Source: Thermodesulfobacteriota bacterium (GTDB lineage Bacteria > Desulfobacterota > Binatia > UBA9968 > JAJDTQ01). From it: a DNA stretch of 64,000 nucleotides. The stretch covers positions 2,369,680 to 2,433,679 of the forward strand of contig OZ220712.1 of assembly GCA_965116735.1 (NCBI GenBank), written 5' to 3'. Positions 56,083 through 64,000 of the stretch are shown here, in pieces (the first letter of the stretch is position 1; every line of letters starts with the position of its first letter). The notes beneath the pieces are model-generated. The model worked only from the letters and a program-made list of their open reading frames with translations. It ran no database searches and had not been told where the DNA came from. Both the position numbers and the translations under genes were made by a program.

Positions 56083-56175
56083 TCAAGGGCATGGCGGACA
56101 GCCGCGGGCACGGGCGGAACGCGACCCGGCGAGCCGATGGCGCCCCATGTCCCCCGGCGCCGGCACGGAGAACAC

Positions 56176-57213
56176 ATGAATGACCCGACCACCGTGCTGG
56201 TCACGGGCGCTGGCGGTTTCATCGCCAAGCACGTGGTGCTGGAGCTGCTGGCGGCCGGCTATGGCGTGGTGGGCTCGGTGCGGTCGGATTCGCGCCGGGA
56301 CGAAGTCCTGGCGGCGGTGCCGGCGCATCTCCCGTCCCGCCGGGACCTCGGCCAACGCCTGCGCTTCGTCAAGCTGGATCTCTCCAGCGACGCCGGCTGG
56401 CGCGAAGCCATGGCGGGCGTGGACGTGCTGATGCACACGGCGTCGCCCCTTCCCATGGCGCAGCCGAGAGACGAGAACGACTTGGTCCGGCCCGCGGTCG
56501 ACGGCACCTTGCGGGCCCTCGGCGCCGCGCGCGCGGCGGGCGTCCGGCGCGTGGTGCTGACCTCCTCGACCGCCGCGGTGACGAACCGGAGACCCGGGAA
56601 TGACAAGGAACGCTTTGACGAGTCGGACTGGAGCGACCCGGCATGGACCGGGATGACGCCCTACTCGAAGTCGAAGACCCTGGCCGAACGCGCGGCATGG
56701 GACTTTGTCGACGACCGTGCGCCGGAAATCGAACTGACCACCATCAACCCTTGTCTCGTCCTCGGCCGCCCCGTCGACGACTTCTACGGCACCTCGCTGC
56801 GCGTAGTGGAAAGGCTGCTCCGAGGGAAGGACCCCCTGCTTCCCAAGGTGGGCATGGGGATCGTCGACGTCACCGACGTCGCCCGCATGCACGTGCGCGC
56901 CGTGACGGCGGCGGGCGCGCCAGGGAAACGGCTCATCGGGGCCGCGGAGTTCATGTGGATTGCGGAGATCGCCGAGATCCTGAAGGCGGCCTACCCCGAA
57001 CGAAGGATCCCGCTGCGGACGGCGCCCGATTTCCTGATCCGCCTCGCCGGCCTCTTCGACCGCTCCATCCGCTCCATCGTCCCGCTGCTCGGCAGGCGCC
57101 AGGAACTGGACAGCTCTCGCGCCCGAGCGCTGCTGGACATGGACTTCATCCCCGCCGCCGAGAGTGTCCGGGCGGCAGGCCGCTACATCATGGAGCGCGG
57201 ACTGGCCGGCTAA
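56176..57213 (+). CDS. NAD-dependent epimerase/dehydratase (extended SDR)
   Basis: VLVTGAGGFIAKHVV Rossmann motif and a YSKSK catalytic motif. Confidence 0.85.
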   Translation: MNDPTTVLVTGAGGFIAKHVVLELLAAGYGVVGSVRSDSRRDEVLAAVPAHLPSRRDLGQRLRFVKLDLSSDAGWREAMAGVDVLMHTASPLPMAQPRDENDLVRPAVDGTLRALGAARAAGVRRVVLTSSTAAVTNRRPGNDKERFDESDWSDPAWTGMTPYSKSKTLAERAAWDFVDDRAPEIELTTINPCLVLGRPVDDFYGTSLRVVERLLRGKDPLLPKVGMGIVDVTDVARMHVRAVTAAGAPGKRLIGAAEFMWIAEIAEILKAAYPERRIPLRTAPDFLIRLAGLFDRSIRSIVPLLGRRQELDSSRARALLDMDFIPAAESVRAAGRYIMERGLAG

Positions 57214-57261
57214 CGCCGGCACCCCTGGTCAGTCCGGTCTGGCGCTCGCGCTCAATTCCTT

Positions 57262-58296
57262 TCACTGCTTGGCGTAGACGATCTCCTTGTACTTGGCGAG
57301 CAGCTCCGGCGGCGCCCCGTAGAGGTCGGTGACAGTCTTCTCGATGGTCTCCGGAGAGGCCGGAGAGATGACGAGGTTTTGGCGCTCGGCATTCTTCAGG
57401 AGTTCGGGGTTGCTCAGGGTGTCCATGAAGGCCTTGCGCAGGATGGCCACGCGGTCGGGGGGCGTGCCCGGAGGCAGCGCGAAGAGGCGCAGGAGCTTCA
57501 TGGTGCTTATGAAAAAGTCCGCGATCCGTTGCTGCTCGGCGTTGAGGTTGAGATCCTTGAGCGTGGCGATGCCGGGGATGGGCTTGAGCCGCGGCTCCTC
57601 CCCCATGGACAGGATCGGGCGTACGAGGCCGCTCTTGATGTAGCGGCGGTAGTTGCCCTGCATGGTCTGCTGGGACATGACCCGCGCGTCCAGCTCCTTC
57701 CGCTCCATGGCTGCCATGACGTTGGCCGTGCCCCGGTAGCCCATGATCGCCTTGATGGGATAGCCCAGGTGGCGGAGAAACAGCGTGGCCGCGGTGGATG
57801 CCGAGCCCCTGCCCGTGGACCCGGCGTGAAGGGGCTTCTTCAAGTTCTTGAAGTCTTCGAAGGTCTTGACGGGAAGGTCGCTGCGGACCCACAAAACCTC
57901 CGGAAGGCTGCCGATGGCCGGATCTCCGAGCCAAATGAATTTCCGCGGGTCGAACCTGACGGACGGGTCTCCAACCACGCCATCGACCAGCGAGCCGGCA
58001 TTGAACACGACGACGGTGAGGCCGTTGCCCGGCTGCATGGCATAGACACGGTTGGCGGCGGACTTGCTCCCGGCTCCCGGCATATTCATCACCAGCACCG
58101 ACGGATTGCCGGGCACGTGCTTGCTGAGGTACCTGCCCAGGAGCCGGGAGAACGTATCGAAACCGCCTCCGGGACTGTAGCCGACGATGATGCGGATGGT
58201 CTTGCCCTTGTAGAAGGGCGCGTCCGCCGCCCAGGTCGTCCCCGCCAGCATCAAAAGCGCTGCAAAACCGATGACTATGGTACGAAATGCTTTCAT
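57262..58296 (-). CDS. TctC (Bug-family) substrate-binding protein, third copy
   Basis: Signal peptide followed by YSPGGGFDTFSR. SD AAGGAG. Confidence 0.85.
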   Translation of the reverse strand: MKAFRTIVIGFAALLMLAGTTWAADAPFYKGKTIRIIVGYSPGGGFDTFSRLLGRYLSKHVPGNPSVLVMNMPGAGSKSAANRVYAMQPGNGLTVVVFNAGSLVDGVVGDPSVRFDPRKFIWLGDPAIGSLPEVLWVRSDLPVKTFEDFKNLKKPLHAGSTGRGSASTAATLFLRHLGYPIKAIMGYRGTANVMAAMERKELDARVMSQQTMQGNYRRYIKSGLVRPILSMGEEPRLKPIPGIATLKDLNLNAEQQRIADFFISTMKLLRLFALPPGTPPDRVAILRKAFMDTLSNPELLKNAERQNLVISPASPETIEKTVTDLYGAPPELLAKYKEIVYAKQ

Positions 58297-58381
58297 TGGA
58301 ATCTCCTTCCCGTGGGAGTTCCGGGTCGTTCGCCGAAGACGACCGACCGTGGTGTCAACGCGCCGGGGTTGCCCGGCGCCG

Positions 58382-58795
58382 TCAGATTCCGGCCTTACCC
58401 TTGATCTTGTCCAACAGCCGCACCGCCACCTCGATGTCCTCTTCCATCGTGCGGCCGCTCACCCCTATGGCCCCCACCATGGTGCCATCCTTGTCCTTGA
58501 TGAGCACCCCGCCGCCGATGGACGTGAGGTTCGGATCGCCATAGGCGGCGATGCCGCGGGTGCCCACCATCTTTTCGATCTCCACCGAGTCCCGGCCGAA
58601 CCAAACCGCGGAGTATCCCTTGTTGTGAGACAGGACGCTGGAGCGGTAGGGCGCGCCGTCCATGCGCGTGTAGTGCAACAGCTCCCGGTGGGCGTTCAGC
58701 ACCGCCCAGGATACCGGACGCCCGGTCTCGTTCGCCAGCTCGGCAAGCAGCTCGCCCGAAGCTTCGTGAATCACCGTGTGCGAAAGGTCTGCCAT
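58382..58795 (-). CDS. GlcG/HbpS-like heme-binding protein (DUF336)
   Basis: GGGVLIKDKDGTMVGAIGVSG motif. Start placed at ATG 58795, which has an AGGGAGG SD, rather than at the upstream TTG. Confidence 0.75.
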   Translation of the reverse strand: MADLSHTVIHEASGELLAELANETGRPVSWAVLNAHRELLHYTRMDGAPYRSSVLSHNKGYSAVWFGRDSVEIEKMVGTRGIAAYGDPNLTSIGGGVLIKDKDGTMVGAIGVSGRTMEEDIEVAVRLLDKIKGKAGI

Positions 58796-58874
58796 GTCGT
58801 GAACCTCCCTTGTCATCAACGGCCTTACGGCCCTTTTTCCCGCCTCTGCCGGACTACGTCACCAGCCTGTTCTC

Positions 58875-60140
58875 TTATTGACCGACGGGCGCGGAGTCAA
58901 GCCGCGAGGAGTCCCCCAGGTCGGGGCCACGCAGGTCGGAGCGCCAACCGAGCATTCCCAGGGTGGCGCCGGCACACACGAAGGCGGCCAGGAGCAGCGT
59001 CGTCGCCGAGCCCAGGACGGCGGCCACTACGCCCATCTGGGCTTCGCCGAGACCGGGCATGCCGACGCTCAGCATGCGGGTGAAGCTCGACACGCGGCCT
59101 CGTAGCGCGTCCGGGGTCACCAACTGGATCACCGCATTGCGCGGGATGGTCTGGACGGCGTCGAAGACGCCGAGCAGCGTTACCACGGCCAGCGACATGA
59201 GAAACCACGGCGAAAGCGCGAGACCCGCGAGGCACGCGGCGTAGCCGAGGATGCCTCCCGCCACCACCAGACCCTTGTAGCGCATGTCTCCGCACGCCAT
59301 GATCGCGGCCGCGCCGAGGATCGCTCCCACCGCGGGCGCCGACGAGAACAAACCGAAGCCGGTCGCGCCCATGCCGAGATCCACCGCGATCACCGGCAAA
59401 AGGATTCGATAAGCGCCGAAGAAGACCGCCACCACGTCCATGGACACCAGGACCGCGATGACCGACTCCCGCTTGACGAACGACAAAGCCTCCACCAGGC
59501 TCCTGACGGCGGACTGGCCGGTTGTGGCAGGGACCGACCGGTAGCTCATGAACAGCATCACCCCGGCGCTTAGGAGATAGACACAGCCGTTGAATCCATA
59601 GGTCACGCCGCTGCCGGCGATGGCGATCATCGGCCCCGCCAACGCCGGGCCGATGATCTGCGCCAGCTTCCACGCCGTGCCGGTGAAAGCAAAGGCGTTG
59701 ACCAGCAGGTTACGCGGCACCAGCGCGGGAGTGATGGCGGTACGCGCAGGCGCGCTGATGGCCACGAAAGACGAGCTCACCATGGAGATGACCAGGATGT
59801 GCCACAACTGGACCGTCCCGGTGACGATCAGCGCGGCCAGCAGGAGGTTCGCCGCGGCGCTGCCGAGCTGCATCACCATGATGAAGCTCCTGCGGTCGAC
59901 CCGGTCGGCGATGAGGCCGCCGGCGAGGGAAAAGACGATGATGGGGACGCCGCGGGCCAGACCGGTGAGCGCCAGGTAGGCCGTCGAGCCGGTCATCTCG
60001 TACACCACCCACAGGTCGACGATCCGCTGGATCTGGTTGCCCATGGAGGCGCTCACCACCGCCACGTAGAACAGCCGGAACTCGCGGTACGCGAGTGATC
60101 CACCTGCCCGTTGCAACCCGTCTTTGATTCTTCGGAGCAT
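58875..60140 (-). CDS. MFS transporter
   Basis: Twelve predicted TM segments. Start placed at MLRRIKDGL. The Arg/Pro-rich N-terminal extension of the track ORF is rejected. Confidence 0.8.
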   Translation of the reverse strand: MLRRIKDGLQRAGGSLAYREFRLFYVAVVSASMGNQIQRIVDLWVVYEMTGSTAYLALTGLARGVPIIVFSLAGGLIADRVDRRSFIMVMQLGSAAANLLLAALIVTGTVQLWHILVISMVSSSFVAISAPARTAITPALVPRNLLVNAFAFTGTAWKLAQIIGPALAGPMIAIAGSGVTYGFNGCVYLLSAGVMLFMSYRSVPATTGQSAVRSLVEALSFVKRESVIAVLVSMDVVAVFFGAYRILLPVIAVDLGMGATGFGLFSSAPAVGAILGAAAIMACGDMRYKGLVVAGGILGYAACLAGLALSPWFLMSLAVVTLLGVFDAVQTIPRNAVIQLVTPDALRGRVSSFTRMLSVGMPGLGEAQMGVVAAVLGSATTLLLAAFVCAGATLGMLGWRSDLRGPDLGDSSRLDSAPVGQ

Positions 60141-60184
60141 GAATGGGTGGCGGGCCGGCGATGGCGCGCAGGACGCGTCGCCCT

Positions 60185-61372
60185 TCACGCACGCATCGCG
60201 TTGCAATGTTCCAGCCGACGGAGGGTTTCGTCCAGGTAAGCCAACGGTACGATGCGACAATCGCCTCGGGACTGACGGGCGGTTCCGCCGTACACCACGA
60301 TCTTGGCGGAGATGTCCGGGATCAGATCGGCAACACGGTTGAGAGAATCGCAGTAGTCGGAAGCGACCGTGGAGCCGGACTTGACCTCGATCGCCCCAAT
60401 GCCGCGGCCGGTTTCATAGAAGATGTCGCATTCCAACCCCCTTGCATCGCGGAAGAAGGAGATATTGGACTGACGGCCCCTGTTGAAGCGGTGCTTGAGC
60501 ACCTCCGAGACGACCACGTTCTCGAAAAGGGCTCCTCGAAGGGGATGGGTAACGACCTGCTCCTTGTTCTCGATGCCGATCAGGTAGCTGGCGAGCCCGA
60601 CGTCGTGGAAATAAAACTTGGGTGTCTTGACCAAACGCTTTCGGAGATTGGCATGAAACGGCGGGAGCTGAAAGATGATGTAGCTCGTCTCCAGGACGGT
60701 CAGCCACTCCCGCGCCGTAGAATGTGAGACGCCGGCGTCCGAACCTAGCGAGCTCAGGTTCACCAGTTGGCCGACGCGTCCGGCGCACAGGCGCACGAAA
60801 CGCCGGAAACTTGAAAGGTTGCGTATCTCACCCAGCCGGCGGACGTCACGTTCGACATAGGTTTCGAAGTAGTCGCCGAGCGCTTGATGCGGGTCCAGCC
60901 CCTGGTCGAGAATCCGAGGATAGAACCCAGAATAGACAATGTCGTCCATGGCATCGCTCGCGCCCATGCGACGACGTTCGTTCAAGGAAAACGGCAACAG
61001 GCGGAGCAGTGCCGTGCGCCCGGCCAACGACTGACCGATGGCATTGGAGAGCTGAAACTGCTCGCTGCCCGTAAGCACGAAGAGACCGTTTCGGCCTTTC
61101 TCGTCGGCGAGGACCTGAAGGTAGGACAGAAGCTCGGGAACGTGCTGAACCTCATCAATGATCGCGCCGTCCCTGAACTGCGACAAGAAGCCCCGTGGGT
61201 CCGTTTCGGCAAAGTCCCGTTGGTCGGGTGCTTCGAGGTTGGCATACTCCAGATTCGAAAAGGCCATGCGACAGAGTGTCGTCTTGCCCGATTGTCGTGG
61301 GCCCGTGACTGTCACGAAAGGGTACTGGCGAAACAGCGCGCCCAGACGGGGCATGATCTCGCGCTCGATCAT
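60185..61372 (-). CDS. AAA-family ATPase with DUF4143 domain
   Basis: Walker A GPRQSGKTTL and a DUF4143-like C-terminal region. GC is somewhat lower than the surroundings. Confidence 0.8.
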   Translation of the reverse strand: MIEREIMPRLGALFRQYPFVTVTGPRQSGKTTLCRMAFSNLEYANLEAPDQRDFAETDPRGFLSQFRDGAIIDEVQHVPELLSYLQVLADEKGRNGLFVLTGSEQFQLSNAIGQSLAGRTALLRLLPFSLNERRRMGASDAMDDIVYSGFYPRILDQGLDPHQALGDYFETYVERDVRRLGEIRNLSSFRRFVRLCAGRVGQLVNLSSLGSDAGVSHSTAREWLTVLETSYIIFQLPPFHANLRKRLVKTPKFYFHDVGLASYLIGIENKEQVVTHPLRGALFENVVVSEVLKHRFNRGRQSNISFFRDARGLECDIFYETGRGIGAIEVKSGSTVASDYCDSLNRVADLIPDISAKIVVYGGTARQSRGDCRIVPLAYLDETLRRLEHCNAMRA

Positions 61373-61384
61373 GACGTCACGATA

Positions 61385-61594
61385 CTACAAGTTGCACAAA
61401 ATGCAAGTGGCGACTTCAATTTGTACACGCGCGTCCATGCCGATGAGGAAGGCGATGGCCACCAGCGGGTCCCACTGGGTCACCACCGACAGGAACAGCG
61501 CGTACATCAGCGGGGTGATGCCGTTGACCTTGCGGCTGGAGATCACCACCGGCCGGGTGAACTCGGCGGCAATCTTGAAGGCCTCGCTGAACAT
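61385..61594 (-). pseudogene. Possible truncated membrane-protein gene fragment
   Basis: 69-aa hydrophobic ORF wedged between the ATPase and the CoA ligase, without a convincing start context. Confidence 0.25.
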
Positions 61595-61597
61595 CGA

Positions 61598-63217
61598 TTA
61601 CTCCGGCCGAGGGTCACCCGGGCTCGCGGCGGCGTCCGGCCGGCTTCGCCGAGCCACCTCGCCGCGCAGAATCTTGCCCACCGGGCTCTTGGGAATAGCC
61701 TCGGTGAAATCAATCCGGTAAGGGATCTTGTAGTGCGCCAACTCTTCCCGGAGGCTTTGGCGCAACATCTCGGAGAGTTCGGACGAGGGATCGTAGCCCG
61801 CCGACGGCACCACCACCCCCAGCACGCGGTTGCCGATCTCCGGGTCGGGCTCGGGCAACACCACGGCTTCGGCCACCGCGGGATGCCGCTGGAGCGCGTT
61901 CTCCACCTCCGTTGGCACCAGGAACAACCCGCGGGTCTTGAAGCACTCGTCGCCGCGTCCGGCGATGAAGATGTAGCCGTCGTCGTCGCGGTAGGCCAGG
62001 TCGCCGGTATCGTAGACCCCGCCCCGGCGCGCCGCCTCGGTGCGGCCGGGATCGCCGTAGTATTCGAGGAAGAGTCCCGGGTCTTCGGTGGAGATCACCG
62101 TCCGCCCGACCGCGCCGTCGGCCACGGCGCGACCGTCGTCGTCGACGATGTCGATCCCCACGCCGGGCGCCGGTACTCCCACCGAGCCCGGTTTCACCGG
62201 ATGCCGCGCCCCCTGCCCGACCACGAGCTGGTACTCCGATACGCCATAGTGTTCGTACATCTCGCAGCCGAACCTTGCCTTCCACTGGCGGTATGTCGCT
62301 TCCCGGAGGGCCTCCCCGGTGGAGTGGGCACCCCGTAGCGTGTGGATGTCGTACGCGTCCTCCATGCCTTCGGTGGCCAGCATGCGGCGGTAGACCGTGG
62401 CCACCGAATGCAGAACGGTCACGCCCAGGGCCGCCACGTGATCGAGCACGTTCTCGGGCGTGGCGCGGCCCGACAGCACCGCGCAGGTGACCCCGTTGCG
62501 GAGCGGAAACAGCAGGTTGTGCCCCAGGGCGCTGATGAAGCTCCATTCGCCGGTGGCCATCACCACGTCGTTCGACTCCGGCGGAAGCCGATAGCGGTTG
62601 AGGTCTCCCAGGGCGACGATCCAGCGATGCGCGTGGACGATGCATTTGGGGCGGCCCGTTGTGCCGGAGGTGCACACCATGAAGGCCGGCTCGTGGGGCG
62701 AGGTGTCCCGGGTTGCAACGTCGGTTGAAGACGCGCGGAGGAGGGCCTCGAAGGGCAGTTCGTCGCTCGGCGACTCCCCCGCGCAGACCACGGTGCGGAG
62801 GTCCATCGGCTTGCGCAGGTCGCGCAGGGCTTGTGCGCGGCTGCTCTCGGTCACGGCCAGCCTGGGGCGGGTCTGCTCCAGGATGGCCCGGACTTCACGC
62901 ACCCCCAGCAGCGAATTGACCGCCACGGGCAGCGCCCCCAGCTTCACGGCGCCGAGAAACGCGGTGGCGAACTCCGGCGAGTTGGGCATCCGTACGAGCA
63001 CCCGGTCTCCAGGCGAGACCCCCAACTCCCGAAGCCCCTTGGCGAAACCGTGCACCCTGTCGAGGAGTTCCCGGTAGCTGAGACAGCCGTCGCGCCACAG
63101 CATGGCGGTCCGATCGCCATGACCCGCGGCCACGGGACGCTCCAGCACTTCCGCAATGATATTCAGTCGCGGCGGGATCTCGCGATAGCCCGGCCACAGC
63201 ATCGAAACCTCGGACAT
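61598..63217 (-). CDS. AMP-dependent aryl/acyl-CoA ligase (benzoate-CoA ligase family)
   Basis: AMP-binding motif TSGTTGRPKC and a C-terminal GE..KTRG.. region. Confidence 0.9.
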   Translation of the reverse strand: MSEVSMLWPGYREIPPRLNIIAEVLERPVAAGHGDRTAMLWRDGCLSYRELLDRVHGFAKGLRELGVSPGDRVLVRMPNSPEFATAFLGAVKLGALPVAVNSLLGVREVRAILEQTRPRLAVTESSRAQALRDLRKPMDLRTVVCAGESPSDELPFEALLRASSTDVATRDTSPHEPAFMVCTSGTTGRPKCIVHAHRWIVALGDLNRYRLPPESNDVVMATGEWSFISALGHNLLFPLRNGVTCAVLSGRATPENVLDHVAALGVTVLHSVATVYRRMLATEGMEDAYDIHTLRGAHSTGEALREATYRQWKARFGCEMYEHYGVSEYQLVVGQGARHPVKPGSVGVPAPGVGIDIVDDDGRAVADGAVGRTVISTEDPGLFLEYYGDPGRTEAARRGGVYDTGDLAYRDDDGYIFIAGRGDECFKTRGLFLVPTEVENALQRHPAVAEAVVLPEPDPEIGNRVLGVVVPSAGYDPSSELSEMLRQSLREELAHYKIPYRIDFTEAIPKSPVGKILRGEVARRSRPDAAASPGDPRPE

Positions 63218-63259
63218 GACCGCAACCCTGGGACGCCTCGGGCGTTGGCGCCTACTTGT

Positions 63260-64000
63260 TCACTCCTTCTTGCCTCCACCCTTGTCCGGAAACGGCCAGC
63301 CGGCGTCGTAGGGATAGGTGTAGCGGGGAGGGCGCTTTTCCTTGAACGCCCGCATGCCCTCCTGGCAGTCCTTGGTGCGGGTGATCTCGAGCACCGACTC
63401 CAGCTCCTCGCGATAGCCTTCGTCGGTACGGTTCCAGTTCCAGTACATCTTGACCAGCCGCTTGGCGTGACGAACCGACAGGTAGGGGTTGGCCGCGATT
63501 CTGGCGGCCAGGGCGAAGGCCTCGTCCATCAGCTTTTCGTGCGGCACCACCTCGTCCACCAGCCCGATGCGCAACGCCTCCTCGGCGTCGATGATGTCGC
63601 CGGTGAGGATCAGCCGCATGGCCCGGCCGATGCCCACGAGCTTGGGGAGGTTGCGGGAGCCGCCGCTTTCGGGAACGAAACCCGCCGGCACCGCCACCTC
63701 GCCGAAACGCGCCCGATCCGAGGCGATGCGCATGTCGCACAGAGTGGTCATCTCCAGGCCCACCCCCACGGCGGGGCCGTTCACCGCGGCGATGGTGGGC
63801 TGCGGCAGGTCCTCGAGCTTGCGCATGGCGCTCTGCAGCACCCGGTGCCGGAGATCGTTCAGGAAATACTCCGCCAGCTCCTTGTACGGACCCTCGATGC
63901 CGCTGGAACCCTCGAACGCCCCCAGCACCGCCCCTTCCGAGGTGAGGTCGCCACCGGCGCAGAAGCCTCGCCCCTCGCCCGTCAGGATCACCACCTTGAG
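63260..64000 (-). CDS. Enoyl-CoA hydratase/isomerase family protein, N-terminus beyond window end
   Basis: Crotonase motifs (FCAGGDL, AAVNGPAVGVGLE). The reading frame is open to the window edge. Confidence 0.8.
   Translation of the reverse strand, partial: LKVVILTGEGRGFCAGGDLTSEGAVLGAFEGSSGIEGPYKELAEYFLNDLRHRVLQSAMRKLEDLPQPTIAAVNGPAVGVGLEMTTLCDMRIASDRARFGEVAVPAGFVPESGGSRNLPKLVGIGRAMRLILTGDIIDAEEALRIGLVDEVVPHEKLMDEAFALAARIAANPYLSVRHAKRLVKMYWNWNRTDEGYREELESVLEITRTKDCQEGMRAFKEKRPPRYTYPYDAGWPFPDKGGGKKE

Overview
High-GC (about 65-70%) bacterial chromosomal window, dense with genes. Almost every call is supported by a good Shine-Dalgarno sequence ahead of an ATG or GTG. The many long Arg/Gly/Pro-rich ORFs on the opposite strand of real genes are high-GC artefacts and are not called.

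Layout:
- 1-5306: right end of an integrated phage-like element. It carries an HK97-type prohead protease and further head genes, a low-GC three-gene cargo operon, a promoter and operator, a small regulator, and a tyrosine integrase lying 20 nt from the 3' end of a tRNA-Val(CAC) on the minus strand.
- 5400-8000: an AhpD/CMD-family gene with an in-frame TGA (Sec) followed by a SECIS-like hairpin, which the ORF track misses. Then an EVE-domain protein, a HigB/HigA-like toxin-antitoxin pair and endonuclease IV (nfo).
- 8000-12200: LivJ-like substrate-binding protein, a HAMP-only membrane sensor, an OFA-family MFS transporter and a GST.
- 12200-17500: a TetR-regulated beta-oxidation operon.
- 17600-23000: AsmA, a 165-bp MITE-like nested palindrome, a small conserved protein and RNase R.
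- 28000-45500: a catabolic island. It holds three amidohydrolase-2 enzymes, a Glu/Asp-racemase-family enzyme, MmgE/PrpD, two tandem GMC oxidoreductases, VOC and FAH enzymes, TctC binding proteins, an XRE-cupin regulator, GST-zeta (MaiA) and a permease followed by a 17-bp tandem repeat.
- 48084-48248: a second copy of the MITE-like element. Its core is conserved with copy 1 but its terminal inverted repeats are different and self-complementary.
- 49200-55000: three paralogous CADD-like heme-oxygenase-like diiron oxidase (HDO) genes, all with the HxxxDxxH motif, flanked by VOC genes, a gamma-glutamyltransferase and TctC. This is the most likely novel pathway in the window.
- 55000-64000: transporters, an NAD-dependent epimerase, an AAA/DUF4143 ATPase, an aryl-CoA ligase and a partial enoyl-CoA hydratase.

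Other features: an identical 30-nt palindromic element in two separate operon-leading intergenic regions, and a composite palindromic element between MmgE/PrpD and the first GMC gene.
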